From Felis catus (Eukaryota): a DNA stretch of 64,000 nt. Below are positions 12,681 through 24,678 of this stretch, piece by piece (position 1 is the first letter of the stretch; every line of letters begins with the position of its first letter). The notes beneath the pieces are model-generated. The model was not told the DNA's origin and ran no database searches. It saw nothing but the letters and a program-made list of their open reading frames with translations. Location of the stretch: NCBI RefSeq assembly GCF_018350175.1, contig NC_058368.1, positions 145,454,001 through 145,518,000 on the forward strand. Reading direction: 5' to 3'. The translations under genes were made by a program, and so were the position numbers.

Positions 12681-13404
12681 ATGCAGTATTAGTGAAATTT
12701 GAATCCCTGGAAGAGTTCTGGGAAGGCCATGGATTCCTAAAGTATTCTATCTTTTGTTTTGCCTTAGAATTCAGGTCTGAACTCTTTAATTGATAATCAT
12801 ATTACTGACTCTAAACTGTGGAGACTTTGAGCTACCTTATGCATATGAAATTCAAATAAAATTCCTTCAATACTGGTGTTGTTCAGTTAATAAAGCCTTA
12901 AGATTGTCACCTGACTATAAACTGCAAGAAGAGAAGACCAAAATTTGGAAGGAGCTTTCTATTTTAGATGAAATATATGTCCTAAACTAATTTTCTCTTC
13001 AAATTTTCATGGACCAGTGCTCCTTTCACTTGAATAAATTTTACTTTTCAATTGTGATAATACTTTTAAAGCAATTAAAAAACAAATGAATTTTTAGCCA
13101 TTATAAATTATTGTTAATGCATAAGAATATTATTATAATGTTTGTGCATATACTACAGTGTGTGGTAGAATGGGGTTGCTGTGATTCTTTGATTTGTAAG
13201 GCTTTCTGAGTTACTGTGACTTTTTTTAAACAATAAAGATCACTATTTTATTCCCATGATTTTCTTTGGAAAAACAATTATTTTACAATAGAATAGTTCC
13301 TTAACATTCAAGTAGTCAGAGAGAGCTAACAGACCAAAAAAGAAAAAAAAAATTCCTTGGAAACAGAAACACTTGAATTATTTGGCTTCAGGAATTTACT
13401 GCTT

Positions 13405-13406
<2 letters not shown>

Positions 13407-13449
<43 letters not shown>
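13407..13449. repeat. (TG)n microsatellite
   Basis: About 21 TG units. Confidence 0.97.
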
Positions 13450-13451
<2 letters not shown>

Positions 13452-15694
13452 TCATGAGCTGTTTGATAGCTCTGAATTCATAGATTGGAGGGGCTGCTAC
13501 TCCTGTAGTATGACAGATTTCCTTGTAAATAGACTCCACCAGGATTGTAGTGTGCACCCACTAGATGATCAGTAAGTTTAGGTGGAAAGATTGATTGTTG
13601 ACAAGACTTAGAAATTACCTAATGTTTCAGAAATGTTTGACTCATTGCAATTTACACAAAATCTAGAGCCTAGTGATTCTCCATTAGTTGTTTTATATAG
13701 TAGAAGCTAACCTGGATAATTGGTAGTCAGGTTGGATCCACTGATGTTTTTTGGCCAGGTTGTGGGAACGTGTTCAATGCCGCAGTCTTCCCAGGGAGCA
13801 TTAGCCCAGCAGGAACTTTTGGAGCCTGTGGAAAAAGCTGAGGCATGAGGAAAAAGTCACAAAATAGTCACAAAATCACTAAACACATATCTAGGACTTA
13901 GGTTTGGGAAAAGTGTAGAAAGAGTATTTGTGTTTTCAATTGAGGCAAATCTTGAATATGATGGAAATGACTCAATTAAGGGGAATTCATCTAATCACCT
14001 TTACCAGGGTCTCTTGATGGAGGTCGATTTTGGTGGTGGATAAAAGAGATGAAAGGGAATCTTTGCTTTCACATTTTCTCTTTGTTTTGTTTTTATTAGT
14101 TCCACCTCTTTCTTCTAACAGATTTCACTCTTTGTTGATAGTATACTCTTTTTTAGGCAACATTTTTATCTCCCATGGCTGAACAAAAAACTAAGTACTT
14201 GGCTGAGAGAAATGACTGAAACTCAGTCAAGATTTAGGACAAGAGTCAGTAAGATTGTGTGGAGGTCAAGTGGCCTGAACCAGGCTTGAGAGTGTAAGTG
14301 TTATCTGCCTATTTAGGTTTAAAAGGTTACAATATTTCTGGTAGGAAGATCCATATTTATTACCCCGAATTTGTTTGAAAATCTTATGAACTGTGCTCAC
14401 AAGTCTTCAAAATATTTGTTAAATGAGTGAAATGATAAAATTGCATGCAGCAAAATAGAGTTCAATAACCCTAACATGGACCTAAGAGTAAGGGTTATAC
14501 CTTTTCCTGAGCACTTTTCCTGAAGAGGTCATGCCCCCAGTTCTTTAATAGATAATTCTTCAGCTTGGTAAAAGGAATTGTAACTTGGCAGGGGAGAGAT
14601 CTTGGAAATTCCTAACGTGGTTGTAGATTACTTCAGTACTGTGTTCCTGCCAACAGGAGCCACTGAGAGAGTGACATAGAACACAAATGCCCTCTTCACA
14701 CATTTTCTAATTTGTCTGCTCACAGTTAAACCTGAAGCATAGAGTGGGCCTTTTGCAAAGCTGTGAATTACACCAAGTTTCCTTTGGATATCTTTGCTTG
14801 ATTTATGGAGACTGCTTTTTATACTTAGAAGTTGGAGGTGGAGCTTGTAGAACCTAATCCAACCCAAATCACTTGTTAAAATGAAAGGAAATGGTTGGGT
14901 TAAAAATAAACTATCTAATTCTTGTTTTATTCCCTTTATACCCATGGATGCTTTTTAGTATATCCAGCAGACAAATTTTTTGGCATGTTTGTAGAAAGTA
15001 TTATCAATAAGAATGTTACTGTTTGAATTTTGGGATTTATTTTGGTGAGAACAAAAGTTGAAGCCATCTAATGAGGATTGAAATTAGAGTAGGGTATAGG
15101 AATTAATAACCTGTAATTAAAATTTTTTTGTTATTGAAACCTATTATGCTGTACAGGGTTTCTTGAACTGATACACTTGATTTCAGCACAATCATTACTA
15201 ATTAAGCTAATTAAGTAAATTGCTTTTGAGGGTTCAACTTTGATGTGTCCTTTACATAAAATATATGTGGACTGTGCAGAAAATGGTTCTTTCTTAATGC
15301 CCTCTTTTAATCTCAGTCATAATTCTAGTTTGTAAGGGGGCATAAAAATGAAGAAGTAATGCTAAATTTTCATTTAAAAGTATTAGTCACAATATACGCA
15401 GAAAAATATTGAACAGATGAGAAAAAAAAAAGCTAAAATGGGCAAAATGCCCAGAGATTCCAGCAAATGTAGCTTACTTGAGGCTAAAGAAAAAAAAAAA
15501 AAGGAAAATAATAATGACTATATAAAATTTATGCCTAAGAGTCAGGAATTTCCTTCCTTGTCTCAGGCTAGTCTCTTCTCTCTTAAGGATCATTCTCATA
15601 TATATTTTTATAATCCAAAATTCTTATTATGGGGTAATTACACAATCAATATACATATTTAAGAAAATATAAAGAATTCCTTTGTGAGATTTTA

Positions 15695-15913
15695 TTTTAT
15701 TTTTAATTTTTTTAATATTTATTTATTATTGAGGGACAGAGAGACAGAGCATGAGCAGGGGAGGGGCAGAGAGAGGAGACACAGAATCCAAAGAAGGCTC
15801 CAGGCTCCAGGCTGTCAGCACAGAGCCTGAGGCGGGGCTCAAACTCACAAACCACGAGATCATGACCTGAGCTGAAGTCGGATGCTTAACCGACTGACCC
15901 ACCCAGGCACCTC
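15695..15913 (-). mobile_element. Can-SINE with 17-bp TSD
   Basis: TSD TCCTTTGTGAGATTTTA on both sides. Confidence 0.93.
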
Positions 15914-16039
15914 TCCTTTGTGAGATTTTAAATGATGGCCAGTTTGTATAAAGATGTAGAGCTCTTTAGATAAAGTATTATTTTTTAAGTGAACTTTGGT
16001 AACAGCTCTTTCATGTATATTAGCCATTTTATCTGATTA

Positions 16040-17426
16040 TAAAAATTTTGATATACAGTTGTTCATAACATTTTCTTATTATCCTTTTAATGTCTTTAGG
16101 ATCTTTAGTGATAACCGCTTTTTAATATGTGGTTTTGATTGTTTTTATTGTGTTTTTCTGGGTCAGTCTCTCTAGAAGTATATCAATTTTATCAATCTTT
16201 TCAAAGAATTAATTTTTGGCTTATTTTTTCTCCGTTTTCTCTGTTTGCTATTTTGCTGATTTTGCTCTGATCTTTGTTATTTCCTTCCTTTTATTTGCTT
16301 GGGATTTACTTGCTCTTCTAAATGTTGAAACTTAGGTCACTGATTTTAGACCTTTCTTCTTTTTTAAGCTACAAAAGCTACGGTTTTTCCTCTAAGCACT
16401 GATTTAGCTGCATTCCACAGATATTATTTTGTCGTATTTTTATCTTTAAGTATGAAATATTTTATAATAACCTTTCTGATGTTTTAATTTGACCCATGGA
16501 TTATTTAGAAATGTGTTGTTTAATTTGAAAATATTTGGGGTTTTCCTAAATATCTCATCGTCAGTGATTCCTAATTTAATCTCACTGTGGTCAGAGTTAC
16601 TCTATGATTTCAGTCCTTTTAGATTTATTGAGATTTCTTCCATGGCCAAGCATATGGCCTATTATGGTTAATGTACTGTGTGTACTTAAAAATAATTGAT
16701 GTTTTGCTCTTATGGGGGTATATGATTCTATAAATGTAAGTTAGATAAACTTTTATATCTTGACTAAATTTTTGTTTAGTTTTTCTATCAGTTGCTGAGA
16801 AAGAAGAGCTAAGGTTTCTAACTATGATTGTTTCTCTATTTTTCCTTTTAATCCTGTCAAAGGATTGTTATTAGGTACATATACATTTATGACTGAGGTC
16901 TGTCTGAAAAATAGATTCATCAATATAAAGTATCCCTCTTTGTCATCAGTGATACTCTTTAACTTAGCGTATCTTTTATCTGAATTAATATATGTACTAT
17001 ATATCTACAGCAGACTTCATTTTTATTGTTCATATGATCTTTTTCAACCTACTTAGTTTACTCTTGTTGGCAAAGACTACCTTTTTTTAAAAAATCCATT
17101 CAGATAAGCTCTGCTTTTAAATTGAAGTGTTTAGTGCATTAATATTTAACATGATAATATGATTGATTAAATCTAACTTTTTTCTGTTACCCCCTCCTTT
17201 TTTGTTGTCGTTGCTGATCATCTGTTTCTTCCTCCTTGCCTTCTTTTAGATGAATGTTTAGAATCCCATTTTATCTATTGACTTTTTTGATATCTCTTTG
17301 TATTATTTTATGAAAGATTGTGTTACAGTATACATCCTTAACTTTTTGCAACCTATTTAAAGTTAATGTTATACCACTTCACATAAAATGTAGAAACTGT
17401 GGATATAAACATCTATTTATCATCTC
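16040..17426 (-). mobile_element. Ancient L1M (L1ME/L1MC-like) fragment, left part
   Basis: Degraded T-rich reverse-strand L1 ORF2-like sequence; continues after the full-length L1. Confidence 0.7.
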
Positions 17427-17689
17427 CTCACCAACTTTTTATTTTTATTTTTATTTAATTTATTTTTAATTTACATCCAAGTTAGTTAGCATATAGTACA
17501 ACAATGATTTCAGGAGTAGATTCCTTAATGCCCCTTACCCATTTAGCCCATCCCCCCTTCCACAACCCCTCCAGTAACCCTCTGTTCTCCATATTTAAGT
17601 CTCTTATGTTTTTGTTCCCCTACCTGTTTTTATTTTATTTTTGCTTCCCTTCCCTTATGCTCCTCTATTTTGTCTCTTAAAGTCCTCAT

Positions 17690-20600
17690 ATGAGTGAAGT
17701 CATATGATTTTTGTCTTTGTCTGACTGACTAATTTCGCTTAGCATAATGCCCTCTAGTTCTATCCACATAGTTGCAAATGGCAAGAATTCATTTTTTTTT
17801 TTTTGATTGCTGGTATTACCCCATTGTATATATATACCACATCTTCTTTATCCATTCATCTGTCAGTGGACATTTGGACGTTTCCATAGTTTGGCTATTG
17901 CTGATGGTGTTGCTATAAACATTGGGGTGCATGTGCCCCTTCGAAACAGCATACCTGTATCCCTTGGATAAATACCTAGTACTGCAATTGCTGGGTTGTA
18001 GGGGAGTTCTATTTTTAACTTTTTGAAGAACCTCTATACTGTTTACAGAGTGGCTGCACCAGTTTGCATTCCCACCAACAGTGCAAAAGAGATCCTCTTT
18101 CTCTGCATCCTTGCCAACATCTGTTGTTGCCTGAGTTGTTAATGTTCTGACGGGCGTGAGGTGGTATCTCATTGTGGTTTTGATTTGTATTTCCCTGATG
18201 ATGAGTGATGTTGAGCATATTTTCATGTGTCGGTTGGCCATCTGGATGTCTTCTTTGGAGAAGTGTCTATTTATGTCTTTTTGCCCATTTCTTCAGTGGA
18301 TTATTTGTTTTTTGGGTGTTGAGTTTGATAAGGTCTTTATAGATTTTGGATACTAACCCTTTATCTGATATGTCATTTGCAAATATCTTCTCCCATTCCC
18401 TCAGTTGCCTTTTAGTTTTGCTGATTGTTTCCGTTGCTATGCAGAAGCTTTTTATTTTGATGAGGTCCCAGTAGTTCATTTTTTGCTTTTGTTTCCCTTG
18501 CCTTCGGAGATGTGTTGAATAAGAAGTTGCTGTGACCAAGGTCAAAGAGGTTTTTGTCTGCTTTCTCCTCAAGGATTTTGATGACTTCCTATCTTACATT
18601 TAGGTCTTTCATACATTTTGAGTTTCTTTTTGTGTATGGTGTAAGAAAGAGGTCCAGGTTCATTTTTTCTGCATGTCACTGTCCAGTTTTCCCAGCACCA
18701 CTTGCTGAAGTGACTGTCTTTATTCCACTGGATATTCTTTCCTGCTTTGTCAAAGATCAGTTGGCCATACATTTGTGGGTCCATTTCTGGGTTCTCTATT
18801 CTGTTCCATTGAACCGAGTGTCTGTTCTTGTGCTAGTACCATATTATCTTGATGATTACCGCTTTGCAATACAGCTTGAAGTCTGGGATTGTGATGCCTC
18901 CTGCTTTGGTTTTCTTTTTCAGGATTGCTTTGGCTATTCGGTGTCTTTTCTGGTTCCATACAAATTTTAGGATTGTGTGTTCTAGCTCTGTGAAGAATGC
19001 TGGTGCTATTTTGGTAGGAATTGCATTGAATATGTAGATTGCTTTGGGTAGTATTGACATTTCAACACTATTTGTTCTTCCCATCCAGGAGCATGGAATA
19101 TTTTTTCCATTTTTTTGTGTCTTCTTCAATTTCATTCATAAGCTTTCAGTAGTTTTCAGTGTATAGATTTTTCACCTCTTTGGTTAGATTCATTCCTAGG
19201 TATTTTATGGTTTTTGGTGCAATTGTCAATGGGATTGATTCCCTGATTTCTCTTTCTGTTGCTTTATTGTTGGTATATAGGAATGCAACCGATTTCTGTG
19301 CATTGCTTTTATATCCTGCCACTTTGCTAAATACAGGGATCAGTTCTTGCTGGTTTTTTTTGGTGGAATCTTTAGGGTTTTCCATATAGAGTATCATGTC
19401 ATCTGTGAAGAGTGAAAGTTTCACTTCCTCCTGGACGATTTGGATGCCTTTTATTTCTGTGTGTTGTCTGATTGCTGAGGCTAAGACTTCCAATACTATG
19501 TTGAATACTAGTGGCGAGAGTGGACATCCCTGTCTTGTTCCTGACCTTAAGGGGAAAGCTCCCAGTTTTTCCTCATTGAGGATGATATTAGCATTGGGTC
19601 TTTCCTATATGGCTTTTATGATCTTGAGGTATGATCCTTCTATCCCTACTTTCTTAAGGGTTTATATCAAGAAAGGATGCTGTATTTTGTCAAATGCTTT
19701 CTCTACATCTGTTGAGAGGATCATGTGGTTCTTGTCCTTTCTTTTATTGATGTGATGAATCACATTGATTGTTTTGTGGATATTGAACTAGCCCTGCATC
19801 CCAGGTATAAATCCCACTTGGTCGTGGTGAATAATTTTTTTTAATGTATTGTTGGATCCAGTTGGCTAATATCTTGTTGAGGATTTTTGTGTCCATGTTC
19901 ATCAGGGAAATTGGTCTATGGTTCTCCTTTTTAGTGGGGTCTCTGTCTGCTTTTGTAATCAAGGTAATGCTGGCTTCATAGAAAGAGTTCGGAATTTTTC
20001 CTTCCATTTCAATTTTTTGGAACAGCTTCAAGAGAATAGGTGTTAACTCTTCCTTAAATGTTTGGTAGACTTCCCCTGGAAAGCCATCTGGCCCTGGACT
20101 CTTGTTTTTTAGGAGATTTTTGATTACTAATTCGATTTCCTTACCGGTTATGGGTCTGTTGAAATTTTCTATTTCTTCCTGTTTCAGTTTTGGTAGTATA
20201 TATGTTTCTAGGAATTTGTCCATTTCTTCCAGATTGCCCATTTTATTGGCATATAATTGCTCATAATATTCTCTTATTATTGTTTTTATTTCTGCTGTGT
20301 TGGTTATGATCTCTCCTCTTTCATTCCTGATTTTATTTATTTGGTTCCTTTCCCTTTTCTTTTTGATCAAACTGGCTAGTAGTTTATCAATTTTCTTAAT
20401 TCTTTCAAAGAACCAGCTTCTGGTTTCATTGATCTGTTCTACTCTTTTTTTGGTTTTGATAGCTTTGATTTCTGCTCTAATCTTCATTATTTCCTGTCTT
20501 CTGCTGGTTTTCGGTTTTATTTGCTGTTCTTTTTCCAGCTCTTTAAGGTGTAAGGTTAGGTTATGTATCTGAGATCTTTCTTCCTTCTTTAGGAAGGCCT

Positions 20601-21552
20601 GGATTGCTATATACTTCCCTCTTATGACTGTCTTTGCTGCATCCCAGAGGTTTGGGGCTGTGGTGTTATCATTTTCATTGGCTTCCATGAACTTTTTAAT
20701 TTCCTCTTTAACTTCTTGGTTAGTCCATTCATTCTCTAGTAGGATGTTCTTTAGTCTCCAAGTATTTGTTATCTTTGCAAATTTTTTCTTGTGGTTGATT
20801 TTGAGTTTCATAGTGTTGTGGTCTGAAAATATGCACAGTATAATCTCGATCTTTTTGTACTTGTTGAGAGCTGGTTTGTGCCCTAGTTTGTGATCTATTC
20901 TGGAGAACGTTCCATGTGTACTAGAGAAGTATATATATTTCACTGCTTTGGGATGAAATGTTTTGAATATATCTGTTAAGTCCATCTGGTCCAGTGTGTC
21001 ATTCGAAGACATTGTTTTCTTGTTGATTTTCTGTTTGGATGATGTGTCCATTGTTGTAAGTGGGATGTGGAAGTCCCTTACTATTATGGTATTTTATCAA
21101 TGAGTTTCTTTATGATTGTGATTTATTGATTTATATATTTGGGTGCTATCACATTTGGAGCATAAATGTTTACAATTGTTAGGTCTTCTTGGTGGATAGA
21201 CCCCTGAATTATGATCTAATGGTCTTCTTCATCTCTTGTTACAGTCTTTATTTTGAAGTCTAGATTATCTGACATAATTATGGCTACTCGGGCCTTTTTT
21301 TGTCACCCATTAGCTTGGTTTTCCAACCCCTTACTTTCTTTTTTTCTTTTTCTTTTTTTCTTTTCTTTTCTTTCTTTTTTTCCACCCTTCTTTCAATCTG
21401 AAGGTGTCTTTAGGTCTAAACTGGGTCTCTTGTAAACAGCATATAGATGGATCTTATTTTCTTATCCATTCTGTTACCCTATGTCTTTTGATTGCAGCAT
21501 TTAGTCCATGGACATTTACAGTGAGTACTGAAAGATATGAGTTTATTGCCAT
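17690..21552 (-). pseudogene. L1 ORF2p (EN-RT), multiple stops and frameshifts
   Basis: Starts MAINSYLSVLTVNVHGLN at 21552; 435-aa piece at 19744-21051; RT motif LFTDDMILY in 19146-19493. Confidence 0.92.
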
Positions 21553-21607
21553 TATGTTTCTTGTAGAGTTGGAGTTTCTGGTCCTTACTAGTTTTTGTTG
21601 CTTTTGG

Positions 21608-21648
<41 letters not shown>

Positions 21649-21649
21649 C

Positions 21650-22540
21650 TTTTCTCCCCTCAGAGAGTCCCTCTTAGAATTTCTTGAGGGCTGGTTTAGT
21701 GGTCACAAACTTCTTTAATTTTTGTATGTCTGGGAAACTTTATTCTCCCTTTCAAGTTTGAATGACAGCCTTTCTGGATAAAGAATTCTTGGTTGCATAT
21801 GTTTCTGATTTAGCACATTGAATATATCCTGCCACTCCTTCCTGGCCTGCCAAGTTTCTGTGGATAGGTCTGCTGCAAACCTGATCTGTCTTCCCTTGTA
21901 GGATAAGAACTGTTTTTCCCTTGCTGCTTTCATGATTCTTTCCTTGCCTGAGTATTTTGTAAATTTAACTATGGTATGCCTTGTTGATGGTCGGGTTTTG
22001 TGGAATCTTATGGGAGTCCTCTGTGCTTCCTGGATTTTGATATCTGTGTCTTTCCCCAGGTTAGGAGAGTTTTCCTGTATGATTTGCTCACATAACCCTT
22101 CTACCTCCTTTTCTCTCTCTTCATCTTCTGGGACGCCTGTGATTCTGATGTTGTTCCTTTTTAATGAGTCACTGATTTCTCTAATCCTTAAATCGTGCTT
22201 TTTTGCCTTAGTCTCCCTCTTTTTTTTCTGCCTTGTTATTCTCCATAAGTTTGTCATCTATATTGCTGATTCGCTGCTCTGCCTCATACATCCTTGCCAT
22301 CGTGGCATCTATTTGAGATTGCAGCTCAGCTATAGCATTTTTTATTTCATCCTGACTAGCTTTTATTTCTTTTATCTCTGCAGAGAGGGATTCTAATCTA
22401 TTTTCGATCCCAGCTAGTATTCTTATTATCGTGATTCTAAATTCTAGTTCAGACATCTTGCTTGTTTCTGTGTTGAATAAGCCCCTGGCTGTCATTTCTT
22501 CCTGCTCTTTCCTTTGGGATGAATTCCTTCGTTTCATCAT
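21650..22540 (-). pseudogene. L1 ORF1p, frameshifted
   Basis: ORF pieces 22208-22540 (MMKRRNSSQRKEQEE...) and 21715-22257 (...KRNNIRITGVPE...QPRILYP). Confidence 0.9.
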
Positions 22541-24329
22541 TTTGAAAGAAGAAAAGGAATTAGGGTAAAAAAAATTAAAATTAAAAAATTAAAAACAATG
22601 CACACACACAGAAATAAAATAAATGATGCTAGATCCTAGGTGTGTTTTGGTCTGGTTATTGAAAGGAGTTTGACAGATTATAGAAAAAAAGGGGCAGGGG
22701 GAAGAAAAACAAGAAAAAAAGGAAAACGTTTTAAAATTTGAGAAAATGAATACAATGAAATAGAATAAAATGAAATGATGGAAGTAAGATAGAATTTGAA
22801 AATTTTACCAAAAAATAAATATATAATAGAAAAAAATAAAAATATTTTTAATAAAAACTGAAAATGAAAATGTTTTCTCTTTCTGTATTCAAGAAAAAGA
22901 AAAGAAACAAAAAAGATAAAAAAAAAAAAAGAAAATTGAATAGATGGACCTGTGAACAGACTGAAATACAATTGAAATTACATCATTTTCCCCTAGAAGC
23001 GATACTATGAAGCACTTTATAGTCCGCACACTAGGCAGTCAGAAAGATTTGTGGTGTTCCTGAAGAATGAGGTTGGCCCAGTTGGGTGGGGCTTAGTGTA
23101 ACAGCTCTGTTCTCCACTAGATGGTGCTGCCTTGCTTACTGGGGTGGATTGTTGTGGCACTTGTAGGTGTGTATGCATATGTGCAGGAGGAGTATAAATG
23201 GAGTCTCCCATCTACCCATCTTCTAGTATAAGAACTCTGTGCTCTCTCCAACCAGCAATTGTGCACCCATTCTTTGTGCTTTCTGTCCATTCCCTGCTTT
23301 TACAGTGTCTGTGACCAAGCCATCATGTTGCCAGGGGGCACCTCCCTCCTGAGTTTTATCTCAGATGTGGCTGTGTTTCCAGACCCCTCACTTCTGAGGT
23401 ACTGCGGCTTTGACCTGCTTAGATCCTCTGGGGGAGGGTCTCACTGAGCAATGGCTGGGTGGCAAGTGCACCCAACAACGTTCATGGGACTGTGCTGCTG
23501 CCAATGTCCAGAGACTGTGTCTGGTGCCAGCCCACCCCAGAAAAAGTTCATACGATCCTGTAGCAGCAGCATTTCATGGATTATGGAAAATCACAGCACA
23601 CATCTGGCACCAGGCTTCACCCTTAACTTCCTTGTTCCAGCACCAGTGAATGTGGTTATTCTCTGGTGTCTGCTGGGACCAGGTGGCCGCACAGCCGCTA
23701 CCAAATATCCTTCCAGCAGTGGAACTGCTTCCTCCCGTGGGGCCTGAGGACCTCTTGGACCCCACTCCGCTCCTGGGGATTTGTCCTTCCCACCTTAGCA
23801 CCTCCAGGTACTGAGGTGCAGAACGTCAGGCTCTGCGCTCCCCCTATTTATAGAGTCTTAGTGGGAATTTAAACCCTCTCCTTTCTCCTTTCTTCCTTTT
23901 TAGTTCAGTCTCTGCAGCTGTTTCCACTTTCCACTTTCTCTCCAGCTGCTTTTGGGAGGGGGTGCTTTTCCCGTAGTCCCCCCCATCTCTGTCCTCTATC
24001 TGTAAGCAAAAACAGCTCTCTGCCCTACTTGGCTTCTCTCTCCTCCATTTCACCTTTCCATGCCTCGTACCTGCTGAGCTCTGTGGTTCAGGTTGTGCAG
24101 ATTGTTGTATTAATCCTTAAATCAGTTTTCTAGGTGTGCAGGATGGTTTAATGCTGATTTGGCTGTATTTCACGACTGTGAGATGCAAAAAAAACTTCCA
24201 TGCTGTTCCACCATCTTGGCTGCTCCCTCTCACCAATGTTTATTTTATGGTTGTCATATATATTATATCTACTTTATAAACCTCACGTGACACTGTTATA
24301 GTTTTTGCTTTAAAAACTGTCACATGTAT

Positions 24330-24678
24330 TATTTTTTTTTAAGATTTTTTTAAAAGTAATCTCTACACCTAATGTGGTGAGCTCATAACCTCGAGATCAA
24401 GAGTTGCATGTTCCGGGGCGCCTGGGTGGCGCAGTCGGTTAAGCGTCCGACTTCAGCCAGGTCACGATCTCGCGGTCCGTGAGTTCGAGCCCCGCGTCGG
24501 GCTCTGGGCTGATGGCTCGGAGCCTGGAGCCTGTTTCCGATTCTGTGTCTCCCTCTCTCTCTGCCCCTCGGCCATTCATGCTCTGTCTCTCTCTGTCCCA
24601 AAAATAAATAAACGTTGAAAAAAATTAAAAAAAAAAAAAGAGTTGCATGTTCCACCAACTGAGCCTGCTAGGCACTCC
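24330..24678 (-). mobile_element. Old short Can-SINE split by a younger SINE
   Basis: AAGTAATCTCTACACCTAATGTGG...GAGATCAAGAGTTGCATGTTCC|ACCAACTGAGCC. Confidence 0.8.
24415..24637 (+). mobile_element. Young felid SINE (SINEC_Fc-like), 16-bp perfect TSD
   Basis: CpG-rich near-consensus body; TSD AAGAGTTGCATGTTCC at 24399-24414 and 24638-24653. Confidence 0.96.

Larger units (their letters stand above)
17440..24228 (-). mobile_element. Full-length felid/carnivore LINE-1 (about 6.8 kb), inactive
   Basis: 5' end AGGGAGCAGCCAAGATGG (YY1-type motif), ~1.7-kb 5'UTR, ORF1, ORF2, 3'UTR, poly(A); TSD CTCACCAA(CT/TG)TTT at 17427-17439 and 24229-24241. Confidence 0.95.

Noticed and set aside
19744..21051. 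435-aa ORF as a host gene or active RT
   Set aside because: It is a fragment of a frameshifted L1 ORF2.
21610..21646. T37 run as a separate retroposed tail
   Set aside because: No clear TSD; more simply an expanded A-run at the end of L1 ORF1 or a homopolymer length error.
24415..24500. tRNA gene
   Set aside because: The A/B-box-like sequence is the tRNA-derived head of a Can-SINE; the same applies to all SINE copies.
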